Source: a virus (lineage: Duplodnaviria; Caudoviricetes). Taken from it: a stretch of DNA of 54,566 nucleotides. This document shows, in pieces, positions 20,601 through 30,245 of this stretch. The position numbers and the translations under genes were made by a program. The notes beneath the pieces are model-generated. The model was not told the DNA's origin, made no database searches, and was given only the letters and a program-made list of their open reading frames with translations. The number at the start of each line of letters is the position of its first letter. Positions within the stretch are counted from its first letter, which is position 1. The stretch is from the IMG/VR virus record IMGVR_UViG_3300025168_000112, positions 1-54,566 of that record; one strand, 5' to 3'.

Positions 20601-21221
20601 AGAGCCAAGTGTAGATTGTTTTCTACCTGTTTCTAAAAAATGTTTTTCAGAGGCACTAAGTGGAGATGTACCATATTTACCGTAAACGTCAGTTACCATC
20701 TGCTCACGCTTTTTAGTAAAGTCTCCTACTCCTAATTCTTTTAAGTTTTTACCTTCATTTTCTAAAGCATTTAGAATTTTAGGATCTACAAATTTACTTA
20801 GCTGCTCTTTATAAGCAGCAGCAGTTTTTGCAGTTCTAGCTGCTCTTATACCTTGAGCTATACCCGCTGCACCTGCACCTAATAATTCTTCTGCAATAAG
20901 TTGATTGTGAAAATCTTGACTCATACGATCCCCCATAAACTGTGCATTAGGCGCACCTGGACTGTTTTTAGATAAAAAACTGGTTGGTGGATAATCTACT
21001 GTTCCTGATGTATAAGGATTTTGAGATTGAACTTCTCCAGACTGTATTCGTCTTTGTAAGTCTGCGGTATTTATCTCATTCTGACGCATAGCTGCATCTT
21101 GAGCTATAATATTTTCTACGTTTATAGGTGAAATATTAGATGCTGTAGTAGAAGCTGCTGCAGTTGTTGTTCTAGGGTCAGTACCATTACGATACATTTG
21201 TAAGAGTCGTTTCTTTTTCAT
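17631..21221 (-). CDS. Modular internal virion cargo protein with repeated KYGG / LPKYxxG motifs
   Basis: 1196 aa. ATG overlaps the upstream TGA (ATGA). Seven motif clusters, an AEVEKDE...GATHEKGGVP...LNEGDYVWSDHL domain, Gly/Ala hydrophobic helices and a C-terminal coiled coil. Confidence 0.7.
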   Translation of the reverse strand: MKKKRLLQMYRNGTDPRTTTAAASTTASNISPINVENIIAQDAAMRQNEINTADLQRRIQSGEVQSQNPYTSGTVDYPPTSFLSKNSPGAPNAQFMGDRMSQDFHNQLIAEELLGAGAAGIAQGIRAARTAKTAAAYKEQLSKFVDPKILNALENEGKNLKELGVGDFTKKREQMVTDVYGKYGTSPLSASEKHFLETGRKQSTLGSYNLPDKNLREVLDSKDRAAWRASGMEGLSDEMASEYIEREVRKEFPEERISREIAKNEANIEDYQRRVNELNPRGAVQASKDVFRPYTSTSMSPNVIELKDAIYNNEMAGNPSFDFKFEKKMYQPSKTFPVSLNRYGGTREDGLPKYGYGSWQGPPGEKPTYLHGLRSDNVVTENSTSLFGGADKGAGKGAGKSFGNAALQAVGFGMEVAGNIKNANDEMKAFKNAKQNNFSYDLLNAKNKAAGLENSRYSSGYTYGAPTYEMGGELPKYQQGTPNPYDTSPSINREMPWKKTNAFDKTGFFTENEKIAITQDPTQPKYVPSGNPQIEAGRANALNPNGGVSKYNLYEYMRNTTGLPKKQTGGEMSYAPEMNAVQQENPYSYSQGANNLDANQLKSEQVAEGVSEGVGAAIGAAVPVFGVIDQALGGVRSLLGEEERRLKSGEKVSVYDSEAAAAVGSLTTPFYESVADHAAKGDYGRAALSMIGVGKFFDAADAAADSEQYKSEQKQLARERATSKGGTSAKNFMGRKEQSLRSVEGGIATPRGLQEKAEYNMGEAKYGGTMKDLYRKGGYLPQYRYGGMSVTKGVTRPRANAEVEKDEIIMRDGGPDELVVGATHEKGGVPEVLNEGDYVWSDHLTYKGRSMAQLYATAVKNGATPQEIDQLKMLQEKLAGRAGNPQESKDMMAPPDVPMGKYGGMMEYGKGGRPGLWANIHAKRARGESPAKPGDKEYPKTLNIAKYGGSLPKYKRGTGEVSGFKRWTNSGGHIPWIQGAAAIGASITAGLTEREDVEIRKPQIIKADRIRNDRVSPREGLAENQRNYVKRFKESEQKGYGTGLEASAQLAYNDKISADNKVRAEANRVNLAASISENTENAKNKFSADRENAAVIDRYNVRLENEDRAQDAFLRQRRQATIDPILTGVKNIIQTGINKQEIRAIGEGAGTNERGAGFSEVLARQQIKAKNPTISKEDEDKAVNKARADYNEKHGL

Positions 21222-24200
21222 CGTTTATAAGTTCTAAAGTCTGCGAGCACTGTATACAAATTTACCAAATTGTTTGCTTCGTTATTACATGAGAGTCTTA
21301 TACCCATGTATTTGTCTATGAATTTGCTTTGCTTATACCACTCTTTATTAAAGTCTATGTAGTTAATATTCATTGGTTCATTGTAAGCTTCTGTTGTTGA
21401 TGCAGAAAACATACGATCCGTTATTGCAGTTATAGTTCCTGCGTTAGAGCCACCAAAAAGGTTTTGTCCTTGTGTTATATAGTTTGTACCAGTGAATGGT
21501 GTTGTTATGCCTGTGTAGTAATTACTTGTATCAGTAATTTCTTTAGACATATCTCTAAACTGGTTTACTTTCCAGTCTGTACCTATTCTTCTAGTGTTTA
21601 TTAGATACTCTAACGGATGCTCACCCGAAAGCATATCTGAATTATATGTAATATAAGAAGTAAATCCAGAGTTTAAGTCATTATTGTAGAGTTTATTACT
21701 AGAGCTATACTCTTTTGTATCTACAAAAAAACTAAAACTGTTGAACACCTTATCGATATTCGGAACCATATTAGATATTACTTCTATTTCGAATGGGTAA
21801 ATGGTTCCATAAAAATTACCCATATTATTGTAGTCGTTGTGCCTCCATATACTTCTTTGAATATCTGAGTCCGTGCTTTCAGTAAAAGAAAACACATCTA
21901 TTCCGGAATAAGAATACATATAAGGAACATAGTCATGGAAGCTTTCCCAAGAACCTAGTTTGTTTTGAACCAAATTAGAAAAAACAAAAGAAATAGTCCA
22001 AGACTTCCTTTCAAATAAATCATCTCTTGACCCTGTTATTTGTGTGCTATCAAGATTTATAGGTTCCCAACTACTTAAGTTTTGGCCTATTGTTGTCCAT
22101 CTGTAGTAAGTCCCATTAATATATACTATACCATATGCTCCTGCTTGTGCTGCAGCATTTAAAGACGTATAAGCTCCACTCCATTCTCCTATAAAAGCAG
22201 CTGTTGGTGCAAGATCTCTTTTTGTTATTATAATTCTTGAGAATCTTTCATCATATACTGCATGGAATCCCATGCCTGTAATAAAACTATCTGTTTTACC
22301 ATGAAACCCATAGTCTTCTAAAGCATATGGCATGTTGTCTTGCAACCAATTTGACATACCATATTTTTCACCCGAAATCTCTTCTGCTCCTTTACCTAAA
22401 AGAAACATTTTTCTATCAATATTATCAACAAAAAAGTACCCTTGCGGTGTAACAATATTTGCAAATTGAGACCTTGTACCTAAATATCCAGAATCTGTGT
22501 GTTGTACTAAGTCCGGTTCTTGAGTAAAAATATCTCCTTGACCAATAAAAGCTTCATTGCCTTCAGAGACTTTCATTTTTTGCTTACCCTTTGTTTGATA
22601 CAAAGCGTCTTCCATATGGAATAATAAAAGATTACCTACAGCGGTTATCTTCCATAATTCTCCATATCTATTATTAAGTTCTCTTAATTCACCAAATGAA
22701 TACTTTCTGTAGTTATCTGATAATTTAGAAGATGTTGTCTTAGCAGAACGTATAATTCTTACAGGGTGGTTTTCTGGTTGCTCAAGTACAAAAGGAAAAG
22801 GCAATACAACTTTAATATTATTTATAGATGAGTAATCTTCGTTGTATCTTATTTTTCCTGTAGTAAGATCGGGGTTATAATGAAGGTCTATTCTTGCATC
22901 TGCGTTTAATACAGCCTTTAAAGATGCTCCAGGAAAGTAAGGCTCATCGTCATTATCTATGTGTCTGTAGTTTATATTTTCTGTGCTTTCAGTAATACAA
23001 GCTATAACAGACTTCATATCTTTAGCTTGGTTTCCATCTGGAGTTAAACTAACCTCTTCTCTAGAGGTCATCCTGTAACCATACCTACTTATATAAGTAT
23101 CGCCTCCATATACATCATCAGTACAAAATTGATCGGGCCCACTGTATATAGGAGAGTTATTTTCATCTAAAATAAATTTATTAAGATCATCTCCTACTAC
23201 TTCATATCCTGTCCACACTAAATTTTGTGAGTCTACTGCATTATAAACATCAGATTTAAATGCTTTAAGGTTTGCTAAATATAGTTGAAGACCATCAAAA
23301 GCTTCAGGAGATCCAGGAAGTTGTCCTCCATCGTCATCTAATTCTATAGTGTTTGTAGTATAAGATACAAACTCAGTTCTTGCACCTTCACTCCTTTGAT
23401 TTCTCCAACTAGAAGATGGATTAGAAACTAAATGCGGTAAATATCTTAATGGCTTTAAAGCTATGTGAGTTTGTCCCCCTTGATTATATATGTCATGCTC
23501 AAATCCTTGGTGTGTTCCTTCATAAATACTATCTCCTAAAATATAAGCTTTTGACTTATCTGAAAGAAGATAATTTAATCTTGTATTTATTCCTTGTATT
23601 CTAAACTGCTCTCCTGCTATATGAAAAGAAGTTATAGTATCTGGTTTCCTGCAACTATAAAAAGGTTCATCTGTAGAACTTTCAGTATCAGTGTACTTAC
23701 CATCTACATTGAATTTTACAGGTCCTTTAAAATTTGCCATACACAAAACATACTGAAGTTTTATATGTGTAGCAGCAGCTAATGATGGGTGCCTGTTTAA
23801 TAAATAAAAATCATGAAAAGAATAAACTGAAGATAGCTCAGGCTTTGTAGCATTTTTAGAAGAAGGCTGTCCAGTTTGTAACCAATAATCAAATTTACCT
23901 ATACCAAGACCTCCCGTATCACACCGGGATGGATCCATTTCTTCTCTAAACTGCATAGGATGCATGGGAGCTTGACCTAATACAGTTCTTTGCTCGTGAG
24001 TCCTATCTGCGTAATAAATTCTAAATCCCTGTACTTTATCTGCAATAGACTTAGGTATTTTAATGTCTGAAAATTTAATTCCTAAAGGTTGAACATGATG
24101 TGTTAAAGGAATATTTTCATTTGAATTTGATACAGGTGTATCTGGTTCTACCCAAGCTGCCCATCCTGGCCTGTTGTTTCCAATAATTTCATCAAGATCT

Positions 24201-26515
24201 CTTAATAAAATATCGTCTCCAGAATATCCAGAAACACTTGCAAAAGACACACCCCCTGCGCAATGTCCAATTAAACTTGGTTGAAGGTCAATGCCAGGAG
24301 CTCTGTCATATGCTATAACTAACTGCATTCCTTCTGGAGGCTGGGAGTCATACATAAATGTTAAATCTGAGTATTCAGTTATATCTGTTCCCCAAATAGT
24401 ATTTAAAGGCTGGTTCGGGTTTACATCCGTAGGCCAATTATAAAAATACTCATGTGAAGGAGGGTAACAAGATTTTGTAGTATCAGTTTGTCCGTTTGGA
24501 GCTTCAGCAGTAATATCATTAGGAGTACCACCTAAACCTGCAGGAGAGCTTGGTAATGAACCAGTACCTGGATATGGTCCATTAGGAGGTGCGTTATTAA
24601 AATAGAAAGCTCTGTACCAAGTGTTGTCATCATGGGCATCAGTACCATGTCCCGTGCTAGTTCCTCCCATAGGGGTTCCATAATTATCGTTTTGCCACTC
24701 CTGTGCGGCATTAGGGTCTTCATTAGTATAACGACCTCTTATTAAACTTTCACTATCATCAAGTTGCCCAAACCAAAACCAGTGTACACTTGCTTTTTTA
24801 TCATTATCTAAAGTGGTAAAAACTTGATCATCAACACTTTTTACAGTGGTAAACTCTTCATTTCTGTTAGAAGGAAATCTATGATGTCTTACATTTTCTC
24901 CCTGTAAAGAAGGTATACTTAAAGTAGGGTCTTGAGCATTTACTACTTCAAAATTTTCATTATTGGGATAAAACTCATGTAGGTTATGCCAATAATTCAT
25001 ATTTCTAGAACCTTTAAACGTTAAATGAGAAAAGTCATAAAAATGAAATAAGTATCCTTGAGGATTGTCTGTGCTTGTAAGATTAATAATTTGCCAATCA
25101 CCTACAAGTCCATATCCATTTTGATATAAAGACCACCCTTCATTAACAAAAGGTGGGTTAGTATCTCCCATTAACTCATTAACAAGATTTGGATCTAGAT
25201 TTGATATAGGCTCTCTTCCAGGAATATGATAAGCATATGACATTTTTCCTGACTTGAGAATAAAAGCTATATAAAATGCATATACTTCTTCTCTTGTATA
25301 CCCTTTATAGCTATAAATATTTTTTGGGTATCTATATCCTTTTTTTATAGAATTATTAGTAGACCTTTTTAATTCAAAAAAATCATCTGTAATAACCATA
25401 GGGTCAAAAGGATCAAACTTGTGTTCCGGATCTTTTAATACTACAGCCTCAGACTTAATAAAGTTTGCATATTTTTGATATCCTATGTCTATATCAGAAG
25501 TAAGATTTCCTAAATAAAGAACACTATCTAACTGCTCTATTGTTTTAGCAGTTAGATACTCTGGCATATCTATAGTAACAGCATCTATAGAAGATGTAGC
25601 TTGAGATTCTTCTCCACTATATGTTATTTGAAAAGTATCCCTGTCATATATTTCTATATTATGAAGTCTAACAGCGGTTATTACTCCGTTTATTTTTTGA
25701 AGTATCTGAACTGATAAATATTTCATATCAGTATTTATATTTGATACCTCCCAAACAATAGATTTACCTGTTAATACACCCCCTTCACCTCCATCATAAC
25801 TTTCTATAGGAGATACTCCTTCTGGGTCATCTACAATTGAAACCGGATTAGCTACAGTTAAATAGTTTGTTGTATTTATATCTTCATCTGTGTAAGCAAG
25901 AGTTATATAGTATACACCTGTAAGACATCCTCCACCTGTAAATACATTTACTAACTCTACGTGTGGAACTGGTCCAGCATGTGGAAATAAATTTAAGATG
26001 TTTACAAAAAAAGAATCAGGGGAGCTTACAGCAAACTTACCATATATACTATTGTTAGAAACAGGGAGCTGCCTAGTTATATTAAGAACTCTAGGAGGGT
26101 TTAAATCATCTGTCCAATACACTATAAGATCGCCATCTCCCTGCTCTTTAAAGGTTCCTTGTATAGGGTTAGAAGCTTGAAAGTTTAAATCTGTAGCATG
26201 ACCGTTAAGAGCTGGTTGCAGATTTAGTATAGTTTGATACGCATCGTTTTTATAAACACCTATTATAGAATCATCTCCTACTTTTAAAAACAAAACTATA
26301 TCATTATTTGTAAGAGGAATAGTTCCTATTACAATAGCACCTACAGGCAACGATTCTACTTTTACATTACCAGGTTCGTTAGATACAGCCGCAGTAGTGT
26401 TGTTTATACTCGCATTACGTGCGAATCTTAACGAACCTGGGGGCTGATCTACGTGGGACGTATCTTTAAATAGACCCCTTATAAATCTTAATACTCTGTT
26501 TCCTTCTTCAGCCAT
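21218..26515 (-). CDS. Tail stabilization protein (crAss Tstab/muzzle-like)
   Basis: 1765 aa, beta-rich. Motifs GLFKD, VYWTDDLNPPRVLNI, GGDTYI, WTISF...WESFHDYVP. Directly follows the tail tubular gene, as in crAss-like gene order. Confidence 0.8.
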   Translation of the reverse strand: MAEEGNRVLRFIRGLFKDTSHVDQPPGSLRFARNASINNTTAAVSNEPGNVKVESLPVGAIVIGTIPLTNNDIVLFLKVGDDSIIGVYKNDAYQTILNLQPALNGHATDLNFQASNPIQGTFKEQGDGDLIVYWTDDLNPPRVLNITRQLPVSNNSIYGKFAVSSPDSFFVNILNLFPHAGPVPHVELVNVFTGGGCLTGVYYITLAYTDEDINTTNYLTVANPVSIVDDPEGVSPIESYDGGEGGVLTGKSIVWEVSNINTDMKYLSVQILQKINGVITAVRLHNIEIYDRDTFQITYSGEESQATSSIDAVTIDMPEYLTAKTIEQLDSVLYLGNLTSDIDIGYQKYANFIKSEAVVLKDPEHKFDPFDPMVITDDFFELKRSTNNSIKKGYRYPKNIYSYKGYTREEVYAFYIAFILKSGKMSYAYHIPGREPISNLDPNLVNELMGDTNPPFVNEGWSLYQNGYGLVGDWQIINLTSTDNPQGYLFHFYDFSHLTFKGSRNMNYWHNLHEFYPNNENFEVVNAQDPTLSIPSLQGENVRHHRFPSNRNEEFTTVKSVDDQVFTTLDNDKKASVHWFWFGQLDDSESLIRGRYTNEDPNAAQEWQNDNYGTPMGGTSTGHGTDAHDDNTWYRAFYFNNAPPNGPYPGTGSLPSSPAGLGGTPNDITAEAPNGQTDTTKSCYPPSHEYFYNWPTDVNPNQPLNTIWGTDITEYSDLTFMYDSQPPEGMQLVIAYDRAPGIDLQPSLIGHCAGGVSFASVSGYSGDDILLRDLDEIIGNNRPGWAAWVEPDTPVSNSNENIPLTHHVQPLGIKFSDIKIPKSIADKVQGFRIYYADRTHEQRTVLGQAPMHPMQFREEMDPSRCDTGGLGIGKFDYWLQTGQPSSKNATKPELSSVYSFHDFYLLNRHPSLAAATHIKLQYVLCMANFKGPVKFNVDGKYTDTESSTDEPFYSCRKPDTITSFHIAGEQFRIQGINTRLNYLLSDKSKAYILGDSIYEGTHQGFEHDIYNQGGQTHIALKPLRYLPHLVSNPSSSWRNQRSEGARTEFVSYTTNTIELDDDGGQLPGSPEAFDGLQLYLANLKAFKSDVYNAVDSQNLVWTGYEVVGDDLNKFILDENNSPIYSGPDQFCTDDVYGGDTYISRYGYRMTSREEVSLTPDGNQAKDMKSVIACITESTENINYRHIDNDDEPYFPGASLKAVLNADARIDLHYNPDLTTGKIRYNEDYSSINNIKVVLPFPFVLEQPENHPVRIIRSAKTTSSKLSDNYRKYSFGELRELNNRYGELWKITAVGNLLLFHMEDALYQTKGKQKMKVSEGNEAFIGQGDIFTQEPDLVQHTDSGYLGTRSQFANIVTPQGYFFVDNIDRKMFLLGKGAEEISGEKYGMSNWLQDNMPYALEDYGFHGKTDSFITGMGFHAVYDERFSRIIITKRDLAPTAAFIGEWSGAYTSLNAAAQAGAYGIVYINGTYYRWTTIGQNLSSWEPINLDSTQITGSRDDLFERKSWTISFVFSNLVQNKLGSWESFHDYVPYMYSYSGIDVFSFTESTDSDIQRSIWRHNDYNNMGNFYGTIYPFEIEVISNMVPNIDKVFNSFSFFVDTKEYSSSNKLYNNDLNSGFTSYITYNSDMLSGEHPLEYLINTRRIGTDWKVNQFRDMSKEITDTSNYYTGITTPFTGTNYITQGQNLFGGSNAGTITAITDRMFSASTTEAYNEPMNINYIDFNKEWYKQSKFIDKYMGIRLSCNNEANNLVNLYTVLADFRTYKR

Positions 26516-26517
26516 AT

Positions 26518-27486
26518 TTAGAAGTTTTCGGATTGAAGCATTTCCCTACTATTAAGATCCTCAAAGAAATTAAGGTCTCTGTTTATATTAGGTAAAAGCC
26601 TCACCCATTGATCCATGAACGATTGATATCTATCTATATCAGGATAATTTGCAGCATTACGTGCTTGTGTACAATACTTTTGCCACATCATTTCTGCAAA
26701 CTGATATTCTATTTTAGTGTTCTTGAATGTTTCCCCCTGAAGAAGGAGCTTTTTAAGAATGTACCAAAACATAGCTTCTCTATAGCTTATGTCATCTGGT
26801 ACCATTGGGTAGCACTCTTCATCTACTGGAAATGCCATATAACTCAAACATATTTGTCCTTGTGCAAATGATGTTTGAATGTTACCACAATTAATTATGT
26901 AAGTCTCTTTATAACTTACTTGAGAGTTTACACACCCATCGCAGTGTATGCTTGAATGAAACGTCGATGTTCCATACTGCAAAGGCTGTAAACAACTTCC
27001 GTTTACACTAAAATAAATGTTTTCTAAAACACTCATTCTAGAATTAAGAACGTTTAATTGATTAAGTGTCGTTTTATGATAGCTATCAAATTCATTTAAA
27101 TCTGTAGTAGTTAACGACGATATATATTGTCCACTTTCGTTTTTAGCAACTGTAGAATTTACATTACTGTAGTAAGTAGAAAGGTTTGCATTTAACTCGT
27201 TTATTTGCTTAGATATTTCTGCAGTTTCATTTGACACAGATGATTGTACACATGTGTTTACTGCTACTTGATTAATATAATATAGGTCAGCAGGCAAACA
27301 TCCTTTGTGGTCCTCTATATCTATCAAACATTGTTTTCTGCAAAGCTGTGTACTTGCTCCAATATGCTCAAGAGCCTCTCCCATCCACTCTACAGCATCA
27401 TGAATAAAGTTAGCATTAGAAGGCCGTATGTCTCTAAATACTTTTCTTATAATTTCTTTTCCGGATACGTGCTTATAGATTGCCAT
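26518..27486 (-). CDS. Tail tubular / ring protein (crAss Ttub-like)
   Basis: 322 aa. EWMGEALEHIG, LPADL, IQTSF..GQICLSY.AFPVDEECYPMVPD, WQKYCTQA pattern, plus position. Confidence 0.78.
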   Translation of the reverse strand: MAIYKHVSGKEIIRKVFRDIRPSNANFIHDAVEWMGEALEHIGASTQLCRKQCLIDIEDHKGCLPADLYYINQVAVNTCVQSSVSNETAEISKQINELNANLSTYYSNVNSTVAKNESGQYISSLTTTDLNEFDSYHKTTLNQLNVLNSRMSVLENIYFSVNGSCLQPLQYGTSTFHSSIHCDGCVNSQVSYKETYIINCGNIQTSFAQGQICLSYMAFPVDEECYPMVPDDISYREAMFWYILKKLLLQGETFKNTKIEYQFAEMMWQKYCTQARNAANYPDIDRYQSFMDQWVRLLPNINRDLNFFEDLNSREMLQSENF

Positions 27487-27958
27487 GGCGTTTAAATCTT
27501 AGATATGCAAGATCGTCATTATTGATCAGATCTTTTAATTTCTGTTTATTTCCTTTTTTGCCACGAGTAGCATCAAATCTATAGACACTTGAATTTTTTA
27601 CTCTGCAGAACATCTTAGACCAGTAAAATTTAAAATATTGTTTAGATGTATGATAAATAAACCACTTCTCTCCTTTCCCGGTTTCTTTATCAAAAAGTAC
27701 AATTCCTTTTTTTAAAAGCTCCTCTTTAAATTTCATAGACGTGTTCCAATCTATCCTAGCTGTGTTTGGATTTACATTTGCTCTTATAATTGAAAGATTA
27801 GATAAGTTATAACCCATGTTAAACTCTGCCCCTGCTACAAGAGCTTCCATTATCATAATATTAAACTCTTGAAGAATCTCTTTATACTTTTTAAAAAGCA
27901 CTGGAGAGCCACTCATAGTTAAATATGTATTGTAAAGATCTTTACTTTGCTTTGGCAT
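27473..27958 (-). CDS. IHF/HU-like protein of the crAss tail gene block
   Basis: Likely start MPKQSKDLY at 27958 (shorter overlap than 28000). KEILQEFN...GAEFNMGYNLSNLSII...IDWNTS...YFKFYWSK...YRF pattern and position upstream of Ttub. Confidence 0.65.
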   Translation of the reverse strand: MPKQSKDLYNTYLTMSGSPVLFKKYKEILQEFNIMIMEALVAGAEFNMGYNLSNLSIIRANVNPNTARIDWNTSMKFKEELLKKGIVLFDKETGKGEKWFIYHTSKQYFKFYWSKMFCRVKNSSVYRFDATRGKKGNKQKLKDLINNDDLAYLRFKRHGNL

Positions 27959-28640
27959 TTCCTTGTTGTCTTGGTACTGCACCGCTTTGCATTGTATCAT
28001 TTTCAGTGTCTGACGTAGTCATAGCTATCATTTGGAATGTACCTTTGATAAGACCATCAGTTATAGCTGATACAAGATCTGCAGATAATGGGTAATCCAT
28101 GTTATTGTCGTAGCAATCTCCCCCGTCACAATCGAATTTAGCTAGCTCTTCTGGATCTTCAAATATTCCTCTGATATTTACTGTATCCATTCCATCTGGA
28201 TTATAGATATACAATCTATCTTCTATCATATAAGCTTTACGAGTATTTTTTGTAAACCTATCATATGGTAAAGTTTGTACTGCAATTGTATCTATCATAG
28301 GTATAGTATGTATACCGCTTGGGTCAGCTACATTTGTTATCCCCTCCATATGATTCATACGAATAGTTCTTGGAATATCTACATTAGTTCTAGATACCAC
28401 ACAATCTATAGGGAGATTACAACACCTTGATGCATCTACTATTTCTAGTTCTATGCATTTAAGATCTTGCTCGTGGTGCCTAGAGACAAAAGAATTACGT
28501 GCAAAGTCTCTGCGTAACAGCATTGCACGATAATGTTTAATATTGAACTTTATCTGTCTAAGAGATATATGTTCATTATGATTTGAACGACCACCTCTAT
28601 AGATGTTAAGGATGTTATATGCTATTTCATCTAATGTCAT
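27942..28640 (-). CDS. Tail ring / head-tail connector protein
   Basis: 232 aa. MTLDEIAYNI...RQIKF.I..YRAML...LYIYN...IRGIFEDP...YPLS resembles crAss ring proteins. Confidence 0.7.
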   Translation of the reverse strand: MTLDEIAYNILNIYRGGRSNHNEHISLRQIKFNIKHYRAMLLRRDFARNSFVSRHHEQDLKCIELEIVDASRCCNLPIDCVVSRTNVDIPRTIRMNHMEGITNVADPSGIHTIPMIDTIAVQTLPYDRFTKNTRKAYMIEDRLYIYNPDGMDTVNIRGIFEDPEELAKFDCDGGDCYDNNMDYPLSADLVSAITDGLIKGTFQMIAMTTSDTENDTMQSGAVPRQQGNAKAK

Positions 28641-28647
28641 TTCAAAT

Positions 28648-29385
28648 CTATTGTTTAATTAATTTACCTATAATATGTACTAATACATCTCCATTAGCAT
28701 TTAATTGAGAAACCCTCATTTTTAGTGTCTTTCTTGCTCCAATGGTTATAGGTCTATGAAGTTTTTGTGTGCTTTCAAATTGAGTTGCTCTATACATAGA
28801 AGTATAGATAACTTGATCTACTTCTATTCCTTTTACTATGCTTGCTTTAAGTAACTCCCAGTGTAGAGATGTAGTAGCTATAGTTTTAGGTACTACTGAT
28901 ATAGATTCTATTTCTAGCATATGACCATTAGGCACTGTAAAACATAAAGTTTCAGATACAGAAATACCTTGATCTATTACTGAATATGATGTTGCTGGTA
29001 CTCCAGTAGTAATAGCTCCTGATCCTATGTATATTATTCCTTTATTAGTACCATCTACACCAGAAGAAATAACTTTTGCAGAGTTTATTGCTCTATAAGC
29101 TTTTTCACTTAAAACTCCTGTTCTACCATTTAAATCAATATACTCTGATTGAAATTCAAAGCCTCTGTTTAGTCCCTCTAGAAAAACTTTGTGTGCACCA
29201 TCGTTAGTAGCTACATCTGTAGTTACACTGCTAGATACTGTTACCTGTCTTAATATTTCAGGCATAGCTATAGAAGCAGTAGTAGCCGATATAGGCCATA
29301 CCTCTTTATAGCCGGACGTAGCACCTGTTACATACCCGCTTAAATGCACTGCACTCTCAGTGCTATTTATCGGGGTAATTATCAT
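28648..29385 (-). CDS. Putative structural protein (beta-rich)
   Basis: 245 aa ORF, ATGA-coupled to the upstream gene, in the tail cluster. Confidence 0.5.
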   Translation of the reverse strand: MIITPINSTESAVHLSGYVTGATSGYKEVWPISATTASIAMPEILRQVTVSSSVTTDVATNDGAHKVFLEGLNRGFEFQSEYIDLNGRTGVLSEKAYRAINSAKVISSGVDGTNKGIIYIGSGAITTGVPATSYSVIDQGISVSETLCFTVPNGHMLEIESISVVPKTIATTSLHWELLKASIVKGIEVDQVIYTSMYRATQFESTQKLHRPITIGARKTLKMRVSQLNANGDVLVHIIGKLIKQ

Positions 29386-29744
29386 GCTACTGCCCAGTAT
29401 CCATATTCAACAATACATGCAGCTGTATCTGCTCTTAGCTCTACGCCGGCAGAAGCCGCAACAGGAAACACTGCAAATTCTCCAGCTCTAATTATAGATA
29501 GAGTGTTACCTGCAGCATTTTTAACTGTAACAAAATTTGTTGTATCTATATTTCTTACATATAGATAAGATTGTACATTAGTATTTGCAAGAACTACAGT
29601 GTCTGAACCTGTAGCCACAGAAACCTTTGCCATGTTTGACAAAGGTTCTGTAACTGATACAAGTTTTTCTACACTAAAGTCCATTTTATCTGCTCCTACA
29701 GAAGAACTTACTGCGCTTAGTTTAAATTTTACGGATGATGCCAT
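29382..29744 (-). CDS. Small beta-rich putative structural protein
   Basis: 120 aa, Ala/Val/Thr-rich, YLYVRNID...IRAGEFAVFP; tightly packed in the operon. Confidence 0.5.
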   Translation of the reverse strand: MASSVKFKLSAVSSSVGADKMDFSVEKLVSVTEPLSNMAKVSVATGSDTVVLANTNVQSYLYVRNIDTTNFVTVKNAAGNTLSIIRAGEFAVFPVAASAGVELRADTAACIVEYGYWAVA

Positions 29745-29746
29745 GA

Positions 29747-30175
29747 TTATTTTAAGATTGATTTAAGAGCTTTAATCTGCTTGGCAGAAATATTATTAGG
29801 GAGCTCTCCTTCATAAATAGTTCGAAGGGTTATACTCATATCTTCTTTTAACATTTCTTCCGCAGTCTCTAACTGTGATTTTCTATGATCTACTAACTCT
29901 TTGTTTTCTTCTTCTAAGAGTTTTATTTTTTCTGCATCGGTTCCAGCTTCCTCTCTAATTCTTTCTGCAAACTCTTCAAACTCTTTAGTAGGCTGTAGAA
30001 TTTCATTAAGAGGAGCAAGGCGTCCTTCCATTGCATCAATATTGTCTGCAATCTTTTTTGCAAACTTTAGTCCTGGAAGATCTACTACACTATAATGTCC
30101 TGATAGTAGGTCTACATAATTTTGAACTGTTTTTTGATCAGTCCCTTCCCCTGTTACTTTTGTTAATGTCTCCAT
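29747..30175 (-). CDS. Hypothetical helical acidic protein, possible tail-fibre chaperone
   Basis: 142 aa directly downstream of the tail fibre gene, with its own candidate promoter. Function inferred from position only. Confidence 0.5.
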   Translation of the reverse strand: METLTKVTGEGTDQKTVQNYVDLLSGHYSVVDLPGLKFAKKIADNIDAMEGRLAPLNEILQPTKEFEEFAERIREEAGTDAEKIKLLEEENKELVDHRKSQLETAEEMLKEDMSITLRTIYEGELPNNISAKQIKALKSILK

Positions 30176-30219
30176 CTGATTTTAATAATTTATTTAGGTT
30201 AGATATATAATTAAGATAA

Positions 30220-30227
30220 CAAATGTA
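30220..30227 (-). promoter_or_regulatory. Bacteroidota sigma70-type -7 element TACATTTG
   Basis: Matches TAnnTTTG in the 70-bp gap upstream of the 142-aa gene; sits within the inverted repeat AGATAAC/GTTATCT. Confidence 0.6.
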
Positions 30228-30245
30228 CGTTATCTGGTTAAATTC

